64,000 nt of DNA from Candidatus Berkelbacteria bacterium (GCA_016187225.1 JACPKC010000010.1:156590-220589), one strand, 5' to 3'. Positions 1-9,904 are shown, counted from the stretch's first letter. Program-made: numbers and translations. Notes: a model not told the origin generated them from the letters alone.

Positions 1-680
1 GACCCACCTTGCTCAATTAAGCCAGTCACAAAGCTATAGAGCGATCCCCAGCTGACTGAACCGGAACTGCGACCATTAACACCTTTCACATAATCGTAAC
101 GAGGTCGTAAACTTGAAAGATTAATCCCAACACCGCCGCCGCGCGACATAATTTCAGCCATACGGTTGAGCGTCTCGATGATTCCACCGCGTGAATCGTG
201 CGGACTCGGAATTACATAACAGTTGTAGTAGGTCAAGGCCTGGTTGGAACCAGCACCGGTTAAGATGCGCCCAGCTGGCACAAATTTCCAATCCTTGAGC
301 GCTTGCTGAAACTTACCCTCCCACTTATTTTGGAGCGCTGGGGTTTTTTCCACAGAAGCAATTCCGCGCGCAACCCGTGCCTGCATTTGGGTCGGATCAG
401 TTTCGAGCGGCTTATCGACATGCTCAACGGCTCGTGTAATTTCGCTCCCATCGGTGCGAAGCTTGATCGTCACCTGCTCGTGGTCAAGTTTGGTGACGAT
501 GCCAATCTCACGTTGGCTCGTCTCGAGATCGACGCAGACTACAACCGTATCGCCCACAGAAAGAGTTTCTTTTTTACCATCTTTAATGGCATAGCGATCA
601 AGAAAAATTTTATACCCGATTTCGGATAGCTTATTGACCGTTGCAGTCGCTGGATCATAGTCAACTTGCGTTTTTACCAT
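1..680 (-). CDS. nrdJ: Class II (adenosylcobalamin-dependent) ribonucleotide reductase, 5' part, runs off the window start
   Basis: Manual minus-strand translation from ATG at 680 (SD GAGGAGGG upstream): MVKTQVDY...IFLDRYA...FVPAGRIL...TYYNCYV...SRGGGVGINLSSLRP...GRSSGSVSW...IEQGGS. Lies directly downstream of nrdR. Confidence 0.88.
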   Translation of the reverse strand, partial: MVKTQVDYDPATATVNKLSEIGYKIFLDRYAIKDGKKETLSVGDTVVVCVDLETSQREIGIVTKLDHEQVTIKLRTDGSEITRAVEHVDKPLETDPTQMQARVARGIASVEKTPALQNKWEGKFQQALKDWKFVPAGRILTGAGSNQALTYYNCYVIPSPHDSRGGIIETLNRMAEIMSRGGGVGINLSSLRPRYDYVKGVNGRSSGSVSWGSLYSFVTGLIEQGG

Positions 681-729
681 ACTCCCTCCTCTCTTGAATT
701 TTTTAGATGTGTGCCCGACCATTGTTTTC

Positions 730-1212
730 TTAATCTGTTTCGACTTCCACTTTTTCTTTACAAACCCGTTCGTTCAAAATTTTTTGGAGTTCAGCTTCGA
801 ACGACTCAAGGTCTGTAAACGATCGATACACTGATGCAAATCTCATGTAAGCAACTGGATCGATTGCTTTTAATTCCTTAAGAACAAACTTGCCGATCTG
901 ATGCGAAGTGACTTCATCTTTGCACCGAGCATAAAGATTACGCTCAACCGTGTTGGCAATTTCCTCGGCGCGCGCCAACATCTCGGGCCGCTTTTCACCA
1001 GCTAGAAGGATGCCTTTTAAAAGTTTCTCTTTTGAAAATGGTTGGCGAGTGCGGTTGCGTTTAATGACCATTAAATTAATCACTTCAATGCGCTCAAAGG
1101 TTGTAAAACGGAACTGACAGGCCAAACATTCACGCCGTCGGCGCACCGCTTGCTCATCTTCGCGTGAGTCAATCACTCGCGTTTCACCTTTACGGCAAGC
1201 GGGACAGACCAT
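730..1212 (-). CDS. nrdR: Transcriptional repressor NrdR
   Basis: MxCPxC...VIDSR...RRRRECxxCxxRFTTFE zinc ribbon, ATP-cone, and AYMRFASVYRSF. Confidence 0.97.
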   Translation of the reverse strand: MVCPACRKGETRVIDSREDEQAVRRRRECLACQFRFTTFERIEVINLMVIKRNRTRQPFSKEKLLKGILLAGEKRPEMLARAEEIANTVERNLYARCKDEVTSHQIGKFVLKELKAIDPVAYMRFASVYRSFTDLESFEAELQKILNERVCKEKVEVETD

Positions 1213-1230
1213 TCTTCTCCTAAAAACTGA

Positions 1231-1279
1231 CTACTAGATATTGGGGTATAATTTTTACTTTATGCCCCATATCTTGTGT
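1231..1279. promoter_or_regulatory. Tandem NrdR boxes upstream of nrdR-nrdJ
   Basis: CTACTAGATATTGGGG (1231-1246) and GCCCCATATCTTGTGT (1264-1279) fit the consensus acaCwAtATaTwGtgt; 33 bp start-to-start. Confidence 0.8.
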
Positions 1280-1357
1280 CTGCAAGGTAAAAGTGTGGAT
1301 ATTTCCAGCTTGTTTGAGCTTGAGATTAAAACGTTCAATAATTTTGCTCGAACCTAA

Positions 1358-1696
1358 TTAGGCTGCAAAATCGGATTTGGATTGAGAGCTAAGAATATCC
1401 TTGTAGGCCTTGCCTACTTCACGTCTAAAATTATCAAGTCTAACCTTAAGCTTTTCTATTTCTTCCGAAGGAGGTGTTTTTCTATTTCTATCGTTCAGAA
1501 TGACACTTAAAGCCCTAAATTCTTCTTGAAGCTTATCATAGACTTCATTTTGCCATTGCGACTCTTCATCGAAATTGACGCCGCGAGGAACATGATTTTC
1601 ATACTCTTGCCAGAAAGTCACCAGTTCCTCTAACTGAATTCCGAGTCCTCTAAATTTCTCATTATTCCCATCTAATCGCGGCGAAAATTTTTCCAT
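1358..1696 (-). CDS. Hypothetical protein (charged, helical)
   Basis: 112-aa ORF directly downstream of ftsZ on the same strand; no recognisable motif. Confidence 0.6.
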   Translation of the reverse strand: MEKFSPRLDGNNEKFRGLGIQLEELVTFWQEYENHVPRGVNFDEESQWQNEVYDKLQEEFRALSVILNDRNRKTPPSEEIEKLKVRLDNFRREVGKAYKDILSSQSKSDFAA

Positions 1697-1701
1697 ACAA
1701 T

Positions 1702-2910
1702 TTATTTTAGTTTTCTACGAATAAAGGCCGGCACATCGATTTCTTCTTCATCGGCTTGCGGAGTAAAAGCAGGTTCGGTTTCGGGCGCATACGGTTGATA
1801 TTGAGGCGTTGACGGTTGTTCGTTGGGTTGAGATTGAGGTTCATATTGAGGGCGAAAGCGGGTGCCAAAACGATTCGCAAACGCGCCTAATCGCGGCGCA
1901 GGTTGAGCTGGAGTTTGATTTGGCTCGCTTTCGCGTTGGCCGCGACTGCGGATTTCACGCGTTTCGTCGAAGCCAGTCGCAATTACAGTAATTTTAACCT
2001 CGCCTGCCATTGCGTCATCGATAATTGCGCCAAAGATAATGTTTGCCTCTGGGTCTGCCGCTTCTGTGATTGTTTTCGCCGCCTCGTCAATTTCGTACAT
2101 CCCAAGATCAGGCCCGCCGGTGATGTTAAAAAGAATTCCTTTAGCGCCGTCAACTGAAAGTTCCAAAAGTGGCGAGTCAATCGCCGCGCGTGCCGCCTCT
2201 ACCGCCCGGTTATCGCCGGTACCATAACCAATACCCATCAGCGCCGAGCCCGCATCGGCCATAATCGTTCGCACATCGGCAAAATCGACATTGATAATGC
2301 CATGAAGAGTAATAAGATCAGAGATACCCTGGACGCCTTGACGAAGCACGTCATCCACAATTCCAAACGCATCCATGAGTGAGGTTTTTTTATCCACAAT
2401 CTGCAGAAGACGATCGTTGGGAATAACAATTAAAGTGTCGACTTTGTCTTTGAGTTCCTGAATGCCTAAGTCGGCGATCTTACGCCGGCGCGCGCCTTCA
2501 AAGGAAAATGGTTTAGTGACCACACCCACTGTTAGCGCTCCGAGTTCCTTGGCGATTTGGGCAACAAGCGGCGCCGCGCCCGTGCCCGTGCCGCCACCCA
2601 TGCCGCAGGTTACGAACACCATGTCGGCGCCTTTTAAGACCTCGTAAACCTCATCCTTATTTTCTTCAGCCGATTTGCGGCCCACTTCAATATCAGCGCC
2701 TGCTCCAAGGCCCGCTGTCGTCTCCTTGCCAATCTGAACTTTAATCGGCGCCTGATTATTGAGCAGAGCCTGCGAGTCCGTATTGATGGCGATAAATTCG
2801 ATTCCCTTGACCTTGGCCGCGATCATTCGATTGACTGCGTTGCCGCCCGAACCTCCGCAACCCGCCACTTTAATAATGGCAAACGACTCGATCTCGCTAT
2901 TTTGGCTCAT
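1702..2910 (-). CDS. ftsZ: Cell division protein FtsZ
   Basis: GGSGGNAVN, tubulin signature [18 protein letters not shown]-terminal DVPAFIRR. Confidence 0.99.
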   Translation of the reverse strand: MSQNSEIESFAIIKVAGCGGSGGNAVNRMIAAKVKGIEFIAINTDSQALLNNQAPIKVQIGKETTAGLGAGADIEVGRKSAEENKDEVYEVLKGADMVFVTCGMGGGTGTGAAPLVAQIAKELGALTVGVVTKPFSFEGARRRKIADLGIQELKDKVDTLIVIPNDRLLQIVDKKTSLMDAFGIVDDVLRQGVQGISDLITLHGIINVDFADVRTIMADAGSALMGIGYGTGDNRAVEAARAAIDSPLLELSVDGAKGILFNITGGPDLGMYEIDEAAKTITEAADPEANIIFGAIIDDAMAGEVKITVIATGFDETREIRSRGQRESEPNQTPAQPAPRLGAFANRFGTRFRPQYEPQSQPNEQPSTPQYQPYAPETEPAFTPQADEEEIDVPAFIRRKLK

Positions 2911-2932
2911 CGAGTTCTCTCCTTTTGAATTA

Positions 2933-4177
2933 CTATGGAAGCAGTTGTTTTAAGAAATCTCGCGCTTTCCCGACAACCCCCTCCATCGTGTCAAAGGAAA
3001 TCGATTTTTTTTGTGATGCGATTGGCGCTCGGCCTGCCAATCCCCAGAGCGCTAAACCAACACTGGTAGCGTATGAAGGATCATCTAGCTTGTCAACACT
3101 GCCGGCGAATTCGAGCGTCGGTCTACCGAGAGTTGCCGGAAGATGCAACGCCTGTTTAGTAAAATCAATCAGGCCATTCAGCTTTGAGCCGCCGCCTGTT
3201 AAAACTGCGCCCGCGGGCAAGGTGCCGTCTCGTCCAATTTTGCGAAGTTCATCGTTGATCATCAAGAAAAGTTCCGAGAGTCGCGCTTCAATAATTTCGG
3301 CGACGTATTTGAGTTTTGGTCGCTGATTTTCGTCTGGATTGATCTCGGCCAGTTCGATCAATTCCGTTTCTGAAGTTCGCTCTTTGAGCGCCGAGCCAAA
3401 GCGCATCTTAACAATCTCGGCTACGTCGATCGAAGTGCGCAGGCCAATTGCAATATCGTTAGTAATGTGCATCGAACCGATCGGCACAATCGCGGCATGC
3501 ACCAAATCGCCCTCTTCGTAGATGGCTAGGCTTGTCGTACCGGCGCCGATATCAATCAAGAGCGCGCCCGATTCTTTTTGGCGTTTATTGAGCATGATTT
3601 CGGCTGTTGCGAGGGGGTCAAAAACTAAATCATCAACCTGCAGACCTGCTTGGGTAACGGCGCGTAACGTATTTTTAACCGCTGATGAGGCACAACTTAC
3701 AACGTGCGCTTCAACTTCCAAACGAATACCGGTCATGCCGACTGGGTCGACGATTCCTTGCTCGGCATCGACCGAGAAAGCTTTGGGGAGAACGTGGATA
3801 ATTTCTCGATTGGCTGGCATCGCGACCGCGCGAGCGGCTTCAACTACTCGATCAACATCTTGACTGGTGATCTCTCCATCAGGGCGTGAAACTGCGATCA
3901 CACCCTTGGATTTAGTCGTTTCAACGTGCGCTCCGCCTAAGCCAACAAAAGCGCTTGAGATTGTGACTTGCGTCGTGCGTTCCGACTCTTCAAGGATGGC
4001 CGAGATCGCCGAAACAGTTTCAGCGATATCAATCACCTGCCCTTTGCGAAGACCGGTATTCGGAACCTTGCTCATACCTAGAATTTCAATCCCACCTTCG
4101 GCAAAATGGCCGACCGTTGCCGCCACCTTGGTTGTTCCAATATCTAAACCCATAACCACATGCTTTGGTTCAGACAT
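2933..4177 (-). CDS. ftsA: Cell division protein FtsA
   Basis: [24 protein letters not shown]; adjacent to ftsZ. Confidence 0.97.
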   Translation of the reverse strand: MSEPKHVVMGLDIGTTKVAATVGHFAEGGIEILGMSKVPNTGLRKGQVIDIAETVSAISAILEESERTTQVTISSAFVGLGGAHVETTKSKGVIAVSRPDGEITSQDVDRVVEAARAVAMPANREIIHVLPKAFSVDAEQGIVDPVGMTGIRLEVEAHVVSCASSAVKNTLRAVTQAGLQVDDLVFDPLATAEIMLNKRQKESGALLIDIGAGTTSLAIYEEGDLVHAAIVPIGSMHITNDIAIGLRTSIDVAEIVKMRFGSALKERTSETELIELAEINPDENQRPKLKYVAEIIEARLSELFLMINDELRKIGRDGTLPAGAVLTGGGSKLNGLIDFTKQALHLPATLGRPTLEFAGSVDKLDDPSYATSVGLALWGLAGRAPIASQKKSISFDTMEGVVGKARDFLKQLLP

Positions 4178-4326
4178 GTTTTTAGTCCTCCATTGCGATG
4201 CGCCTAGTATAGCGCAGGCGCTTTACAATCACCAAATCAAATCGTAGGCGTGTTTTGTTCTAATTCTTCAACCACCTCATCGTCGATAATTTGAGAAAAT
4301 GACTTCATTTGAAAGACTTTCTCTCT

Positions 4327-4360
4327 CGTCATTGCAAGAGCTAAAACGACGAAGCAATCT
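4327..4360 (+). repeat. Solitary REP/RPE-like palindromic element
   Basis: CGTCATTGCAAGAGC...CGACGAAGCAATCT resembles the widespread GTCATTGCGAG-N-GAAGCAATC intergenic repeat; only one copy noticed. Confidence 0.45.
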
Positions 4361-4393
4361 GGAAGGTGTATACTTATAAAATTGGAGGTGACA

Positions 4394-4927
4394 ATGTCAC
4401 CCCTTGAACAAGCGAAAATCTCATATCTTATTCTACATCGGAGCCCAGTTTTTGTGCTCCTCGACTTACTTCTGATTGAATGTGTTTATTTTATTTTTAT
4501 TGCTCTTCTGCTTTGGTTCCTACTCGTTCTCTTAAATCAAATTACTCTGTCTCCACTGGGTTTAATCGCAATTTTGTTTGTAAGTTTAGTCCTTAAGGCC
4601 GGAGCAGTTGCGTTGGCTGGTGTCGGTTGGTTGCATGAATACTACGAAATTCGCGTCGCGGAAATCACGCACCATCGAGGTATCTTTCGCAAGTATCATG
4701 AGGTTTTAAGCACCGGCGAGGTGCGTTCAATCACACTGACACAGGATTTTTTGGGTCAAATCTTGCGGTATGGAACACTCACCTTACATAATCCCGCGCT
4801 TGGTCAAGAAATTCGTTTAGCGGGCATTTCAAATCCAAATCGGTGTCAACAACTGCTCGCTCAATTCTTGCCTAAAATTGAACAGCCGCCATCCTTTATT
4901 CAAACTGGGGGGATTGCGGCTTCGTGA
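4394..4927 (+). CDS. Membrane protein with bacterial PH (bPH_2-like) domain
   Basis: GGAGG SD before ATG 4394; two TM helices then RGIF...VRSITLTQDFLGQILRYGTLTL. Confidence 0.75.
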   Translation: MSPLEQAKISYLILHRSPVFVLLDLLLIECVYFIFIALLLWFLLVLLNQITLSPLGLIAILFVSLVLKAGAVALAGVGWLHEYYEIRVAEITHHRGIFRKYHEVLSTGEVRSITLTQDFLGQILRYGTLTLHNPALGQEIRLAGISNPNRCQQLLAQFLPKIEQPPSFIQTGGIAAS

Positions 4928-5008
4928 TCTTATCCCCAATTGATTATGAAATATCCCGAGCAGAGAGTATTATTTAATTAAATATTAGTTCTCCTTAAAG
5001 GAGGGGCA

Positions 5009-5653
5009 ATGGATAAACATCGAAAGGTGCTCTTGCGGAGTATATTGTCGCTGGTGAGCGTGCTTGCCATCGGCGGCGGCGTCACGTATGCATTATTCAC
5101 CTCGAACACGGTGACGGTGGGTCAAAGTCAGATGACAACCGGTGGCGCCGATTTACGAATTTGCAACTCGCTCAATTCAAACCCTGTCGGTTCGAATACC
5201 TGGAAGGATTCAATTTCACCCACGATCGATTTTTCAGCAGTCAATCCGGGCGACACCGACATTGACGTTACGCTTGGCCATGAGATGTATTTAGGCAACG
5301 ACGACGGCACGCTCGAAGATGCGGTTGGTGGTGGGATTTGCAGTGGCTATGATGGTGCTATCACGCCCGGGAATTCAACCGTTCCACTTAACATGATTCC
5401 AACAATTTCGAACATTGTTTGCACCGGTGGTTCTGATCTGGAAAATCAACTTTCATTGCGTTTTAATCTCGGCGGATCTTTTACCGGCTATAAAACTTTG
5501 ACCGGCTGGTCAACAAATACCACAGATTATTTGCCAGATTTTCTGACTGGCGAGGCGAAAATGTTTTCGATGCAAGCAAAGTTGCCTTCGGCCTATGCTC
5601 TGCAGGATGCAACTTGCACTTTTGACACTAACTTCCAAGGCGAGCAGGCTTAA
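5009..5653 (+). CDS. TasA/CalY-like secreted protein with SipW-cognate signal peptide
   Basis: Signal ends GGGVTYA|LFTS (SipW-class pattern); PGD motif; directly upstream of a SipW-type peptidase; strong SD AAGGAGG. Confidence 0.7.
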   Translation: MDKHRKVLLRSILSLVSVLAIGGGVTYALFTSNTVTVGQSQMTTGGADLRICNSLNSNPVGSNTWKDSISPTIDFSAVNPGDTDIDVTLGHEMYLGNDDGTLEDAVGGGICSGYDGAITPGNSTVPLNMIPTISNIVCTGGSDLENQLSLRFNLGGSFTGYKTLTGWSTNTTDYLPDFLTGEAKMFSMQAKLPSAYALQDATCTFDTNFQGEQA

Positions 5654-5667
5654 TTCGCATTAAGTTG

Positions 5668-5709
5668 AAAGCTTCATCCTTGCCTGGCTACGCAGGGAGT
5701 GGAGCTTTT
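5668..5709 (+). terminator. Stem-loop/partial terminator between the TasA-like gene and sipW
   Basis: AAAGCTTCA-TCCTTGC...GCAGGGA-G-TGGAGCTTTT inverted repeat. Confidence 0.55.
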
Positions 5710-5716
5710 GCTCTTG

Positions 5717-6241
5717 ATGCGAATCCGATCCATGCTTCAAAGCTTAAGTTTAGTCCTGCTCATCGGCGTCGGAGCTATTGCCCTATCCGGTCGAACAAAT
5801 CTACTGGGCGATTACCATTTCTATGCAGTTTTGACTGGTAGCATGGAGCCAGCAATCCCAACTAACTCTCTAATCTTTGTGCGCAAGCCCAATTCAAGCG
5901 CCCAAATTGTTCCAGGCGATATTATTACCTTCAAATCCCCTGACGCGTCTGAGCAACTCATTACTCATCGCGTGGCGAGTTTTGAGCAAGGAAGTTTCCG
6001 CACTCAAGGCGACGCGAACCCTAGCCAGGATCCATGGCGCCTCAATTTTAATGACATTCAAGGTCAGTATCAGTTTCACCTTCCCTACCTTGGCGCTGTG
6101 CTAACCTTTCTTCGCACCCCGCTTGGCATCGGTCTTTTGGTCGGAATTCCAGTCTTAATTTTAGTTTTTCATGATTTGTTTTCAATTAATACTGCTCTTT
6201 TCGAGATGAAACTTGAGAGAGAACGGAAAAAAGCGAGTTAA
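5717..6241 (+). CDS. sipW: Signal peptidase I, SipW/ER-type (S26B)
   Basis: VLTGSMEP (Ser), ITHRV (His), TQGDAN; N- and C-terminal TMs; start moved from 5699 to ATG 5717, outside the hairpin. Confidence 0.88.
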   Translation: MRIRSMLQSLSLVLLIGVGAIALSGRTNLLGDYHFYAVLTGSMEPAIPTNSLIFVRKPNSSAQIVPGDIITFKSPDASEQLITHRVASFEQGSFRTQGDANPSQDPWRLNFNDIQGQYQFHLPYLGAVLTFLRTPLGIGLLVGIPVLILVFHDLFSINTALFEMKLERERKKAS

Positions 6242-6243
6242 AT

Positions 6244-6954
6244 GTGGCCCGCAAACGCCAAGCGCAGATCGTTGGATTTTTGATTTTCGTTTTTGTTTTT
6301 AGCGTCAGTGAAGCCTTTGCTCTGTTTTTAAGCAATCGCGTGTTTGTTCAGAACATTAAGATTAACGTTGCCGCTTTCCCTTCGATTAAGGTCTTTGCCT
6401 CTAGCGACACCGCATTTGATCAAGACGATGTCGAAGAAAACTTTGGGAATGTCGATGAAGAGGACGTTAGTTCAAAAGACGGTCAAAATCGACGACTGGC
6501 TTTTCGTTTCGATATCCCTACGCTCCCAACTGGCGTCACTCTGGTAGGTTGCTCGCTGAATCTTTTCATGAACGAGGCGCCTTCGTTTGAAAGCCGTTCT
6601 CATGGCGCGTACCGATTTACTCTCCATGAGAACGAGTGGGGCGAGGGTGCGGGCGGGCCGGATGAAGCCGAGGTTGGCGAAAGTAGTTGGCAGTGGTACG
6701 CTCGGCCCGATGAATGGGCTACGCCTGGTGGTGATATTAGCGACTCACCGATTGCAGTGGCGGCTACTGGTCTCGAGGATGAAGTTTGGCAGGCGTGGGA
6801 CGTCACGGCCGACTGCGCTCCTGGCGAAACCCGCTCTTGGCTCATTCGTGATACCAGCGAAGATGCGCCAATGACAAGAGATGCCGAGTATAACTTGCGT
6901 GAAGACGGCTTCGCTACCGCTCCATATCTTTTACTTACCTACCAGGTGCCCTAA
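6244..6954 (+). CDS. Secreted DNRLRE/CBM96-like domain protein with SipW-type signal
   Basis: Signal SEAFA|LFLSN; FRFDI...W.EG...SW...W.TPGGD...WDVT...LRED...PYLLLTY pattern. Confidence 0.6.
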   Translation: MARKRQAQIVGFLIFVFVFSVSEAFALFLSNRVFVQNIKINVAAFPSIKVFASSDTAFDQDDVEENFGNVDEEDVSSKDGQNRRLAFRFDIPTLPTGVTLVGCSLNLFMNEAPSFESRSHGAYRFTLHENEWGEGAGGPDEAEVGESSWQWYARPDEWATPGGDISDSPIAVAATGLEDEVWQAWDVTADCAPGETRSWLIRDTSEDAPMTRDAEYNLREDGFATAPYLLLTYQVP

Positions 6955-6960
6955 CGGATT

Positions 6961-7383
6961 CTAGCGCCATCTTCCTTCATCATCGTGATCGTGGCCGACA
7001 AGGTGGCGTACGCCATGCTCAACAAGTTCTAAAAACAATTCTTCAAGCTTTTGACCAAAGCGCGTTGCCTGCCGCCTAACTGTTTCAAGCGAAATAAGAA
7101 TTGTGCCGAGGCACAGTGGAGCTTGAGTGTGATTTGGGACAACCGTACCTCGTTCAACGTCCATTGCCATCGGCAAGGAGAGCACGTCGGTTGGAGCTTG
7201 AATGCCACGGTGTTGATGATTGAGAATCTGCATCTCGCGATCATCCACAATTACAAGCTCTAGAGTTACTTCCGTCAAAAACTGTGCATGTGTCGCTAAA
7301 ACCTCTCGAATTTTTTGCTCAATCAAATGCCGCTTGATCGGAACGGGTAAGTTTTCGATCAAGTCGAGTTCGAGTTTGATCAC
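6961..7383 (-). CDS. ybeY: rRNA maturation endoribonuclease YbeY
   Basis: LN..HR....PTDVLS and HGVRHLVGHDH metal site. Confidence 0.93.
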   Translation of the reverse strand: MIKLELDLIENLPVPIKRHLIEQKIREVLATHAQFLTEVTLELVIVDDREMQILNHQHRGIQAPTDVLSLPMAMDVERGTVVPNHTQAPLCLGTILISLETVRRQATRFGQKLEELFLELVEHGVRHLVGHDHDDEGRWR

Positions 7384-7823
7384 GAGAGGTGTTTGCGAAC
7401 CATGGCTGAAACTCGACTGCCGCCAGCTCGCCCTTGAAGCCTTGGCATCAAGGCGCTCATTACTTTTCCCAGCTCGGCGGCTGAACGCGCGCCAGTTGCT
7501 TGAATCGTTTCGCTGATGAGACGAGTCAATTCTTCGTCTGAAAGTTCGGTCGGCAAGTAAGCATTTAAAATTGCTAGTTCCGAGCCTTCTTTTTCAGCTA
7601 ATTCGGGCCGATTTCCTTTTTGATATTCGGCTTGTGCCTCCCTGCGTTGTTTGGCTTCTTTTTGTAAGACAGCTAACGCTTCTACGTTGTTCAACTCATG
7701 ACCCAATTCGATCTGCTTGTTTTTAAGCGCGCTTTTGACCATTCGCAAAGTCGAAAGAAGTTCTGGCCTACCAGCCTTAAGCGCTTCTTTGGCATCGCTA
7801 TTAATTTGACTAACTATATTCAT
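7380..7823 (-). CDS. yqeY: GatB/YqeY domain protein
   Basis: KEAKQRREA...E..IL..YLP.ELS...LGKVM; between rpsU and ybeY. Confidence 0.92.
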   Translation of the reverse strand: MNIVSQINSDAKEALKAGRPELLSTLRMVKSALKNKQIELGHELNNVEALAVLQKEAKQRREAQAEYQKGNRPELAEKEGSELAILNAYLPTELSDEELTRLISETIQATGARSAAELGKVMSALMPRLQGRAGGSRVSAMVRKHLS

Positions 7824-7826
7824 ATT

Positions 7827-8057
7827 CTAGTATCCTCGGCGCAATCTTTTAGTAACTGCTTTGCGGCGCGCCGAAATGCGTCGCAGACGCCGTGAAAGCT
7901 CTTTAGCATGGTATCGGCGTTTTTTTACTTCTGAAAGGATGCGACTCTGTTGAACCTCGCGAAAAAAACGACGAAGTGTCACTTCAAAAGACGGCCGCCG
8001 CTCGCGCGTTGTGCTAAATTCAGTTCGTGAATCCTGAAAATCAGCCATCACACTCAC
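7827..8057 (-). CDS. rpsU: 30S ribosomal protein bS21
   Basis: SFEVTLRRF.REVQQS.IL.EVKKRRY; very basic; conserved hit-rpsU-yqeY context. Confidence 0.8.
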   Translation of the reverse strand: MSVMADFQDSRTEFSTTRERRPSFEVTLRRFFREVQQSRILSEVKKRRYHAKELSRRLRRISARRKAVTKRLRRGY

Positions 8058-8103
8058 CTCATTTCTGATGGCCAGAAAACTTTACGGAAAAACAATGCCT
8101 GGA

Positions 8104-8445
8104 CTATACCATGCTTCCCAGTCGATGTCCACCGAGTAAATGCAAATGAATGTGATCAACTACCTGTCCGCCATGCGCGCGGGTATTAAAGACCAAGCGA
8201 TAGCCGTCGCTCGATATCTTCTGTTCATCGGCAATTTTTCGCGCAACGTTGATCATATAGCCAATTAGAGGCTCATGTTCCCTCGTCATTTCCGCTACGC
8301 TCGTGAGATGTATACGGGGAACAATCAGAATGTGTATCGGCGCCTTGGGCGCAATATCATTGAAGGCACTTACGCGCCTATCCTGAAAAATTAATTTAGT
8401 TCCCTCTTTACCGGTGGCAATTTTACAAAAAAGACAGTTTTCCAT
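8104..8445 (-). CDS. hinT: Histidine triad (HIT) nucleotide-binding protein
   Basis: CLFCKI, F.DI.PKAP.H.L, HIHLHLLGG. Confidence 0.92.
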   Translation of the reverse strand: MENCLFCKIATGKEGTKLIFQDRRVSAFNDIAPKAPIHILIVPRIHLTSVAEMTREHEPLIGYMINVARKIADEQKISSDGYRLVFNTRAHGGQVVDHIHLHLLGGHRLGSMV

Positions 8446-8908
8446 AGAGACTCCTTTTAACTTTATGATTGGCGCGAACGTAATCCGTCCAATGCTTTTT
8501 GAGCCAATTCTCTTGAAATTTTAGCACCGCGCCCAAGCCACGTTTTGCAAGCTCGCGATCGACGACGCCGCCGTGATGAGGGTGTTTGTAAAGTTGTGGT
8601 CGGGGGCTCGAAAACCCATGCGCATAATGAACGAGTTCATGTGCCATCACACCTAAAACGACCTCGTCGGGAATCTTAGGATCTTTGAGGTGGCTCGTAA
8701 TCGTGATAATACTTCGCCGCTCAAGCGCGCCGCTTTGTTGTCGAAGCGGTTTTCTCCCCCACTTAATTGAACCGAGTCGCGTGATGGCTGGCTGACCAAA
8801 TTTAATCACAACGTCATTTGGTTGATCAATATCATCAAAATAGCGATACCATAGCATCGCGAGTTGTTCGGTCAGCCACTCATTGGTGCGCATTGAGAGG
8901 TTTTTCAT
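8423..8908 (-). CDS. SprT-like zinc metalloprotease
   Basis: AHELVHY (HExxH) plus downstream HPHHG. Confidence 0.7.
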   Translation of the reverse strand: MKNLSMRTNEWLTEQLAMLWYRYFDDIDQPNDVVIKFGQPAITRLGSIKWGRKPLRQQSGALERRSIITITSHLKDPKIPDEVVLGVMAHELVHYAHGFSSPRPQLYKHPHHGGVVDRELAKRGLGAVLKFQENWLKKHWTDYVRANHKVKRSLYGKLSFL

Positions 8909-8997
8909 TCTTTACAACTTAGCGTATTTCGCTTGTCTTTCATAAGTTTACTCCTTATGCTCTCAATGTCCCAAAATTTTTAGGGAGGTAGTTTTAA

Positions 8998-9864
8998 ATG
9001 TCGTTTTTAGAACTTATCGAAGCTCGCTTCGATAAAGGCTTGCGTTTGTGTGCCGGCCTCGATCCAGTGCTCGACCGAATTGCGTCTTATTTCCCGAACG
9101 GAAATCGGGAAAGCGTCTATCTCATCGAGCGGTTTCTGAGACCGATCATCGACGCAATTCATCACCTCGTTGCGGCCTTTAAACCGAACTCGGCTTTTTT
9201 CGAAGCCCATGGGCCTCAAGGGATGCTCTTGCTAGAAAGTTTGATCAATTACATCATCACCCACTATCCGGAAGTCCCCATTATTCTGGATTGGAAACGG
9301 GGTGATGTTAGAGCCAGTAATCAGGCTTACGCGCAGGCTTTCGTGCGAACGAAAGCTCATGCTTGCACACTCAATCCTTACGTTGGCGGGCAGGCGCTCG
9401 CGCCTTTCTTGGAGCTTGAAGGTAAAGGGCTCTTCTTCTTATGTAAAACCTCAAATCCTGGCTCCGATGAGTTTCAGGATTTGAAACTCTTTGAGTGGGA
9501 AAAGAGACTCTGCGAGAAGGTCGCCTGTCGTGTGAAGAGCTGGCAATCTGCCTCTACTAGAGGACTGGTTGTGGGCGCCACCTATTCACAACACCTGGCC
9601 GCAATTCGAAAAATTGTTGGCCAAGAGATGGTTTTATTGGTGCCCGGCGTCGGGTCACAGGGAGGCGAACTGGAGGCGGCGCTCTTGGCCGCAACCAATG
9701 ATGAGGGAAAAAATTTCCTTATCAATGCTTCACGTAGCCTGCTCTACGCAGGTCAACCTGGCGATGGAAGTTTTGTCCGCGCTTCCCAGGAGTATGTGCG
9801 GATGCAGAACAATCATATTTCCCAGACACTCGCGACCCTGGCGTCCAGTCCCGCCAATCGGTAA
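8998..9864 (+). CDS. pyrF: Orotidine-5'-phosphate decarboxylase
   Basis: LCAGLDP, FKPN.AFFE, LDWKRGD (DxKxxD), KTSNPGS, VVGAT, LVPGVGSQGG, NASR. Confidence 0.93.
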   Translation: MSFLELIEARFDKGLRLCAGLDPVLDRIASYFPNGNRESVYLIERFLRPIIDAIHHLVAAFKPNSAFFEAHGPQGMLLLESLINYIITHYPEVPIILDWKRGDVRASNQAYAQAFVRTKAHACTLNPYVGGQALAPFLELEGKGLFFLCKTSNPGSDEFQDLKLFEWEKRLCEKVACRVKSWQSASTRGLVVGATYSQHLAAIRKIVGQEMVLLVPGVGSQGGELEAALLAATNDEGKNFLINASRSLLYAGQPGDGSFVRASQEYVRMQNNHISQTLATLASSPANR

Positions 9865-9879
9865 AGACCTTTGTGATTC

Positions 9880-9904
9880 AAGCGGCTTCGGCCGCTTCTT
9901 TTTT
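9880..9904 (+). terminator. Intrinsic terminator after pyrF
   Basis: AAGCGGC-TTCG-GCCGCTT followed by a T-tract. Confidence 0.85.

Noticed and set aside
260-629. ORFs 260-451 (-) and 303-629 (+)
   Set aside because: Both overlap the nrdJ reading frame, which the ORF track missed because it runs off the window edge.
4237-4332. 31-aa minus-strand ORF MTREKVFQMKSFSQIIDDEVVEELEQNTPTI upstream of ftsA
   Set aside because: Too short, with no clear SD or recognisable family. It may be a gene remnant but I cannot support it.
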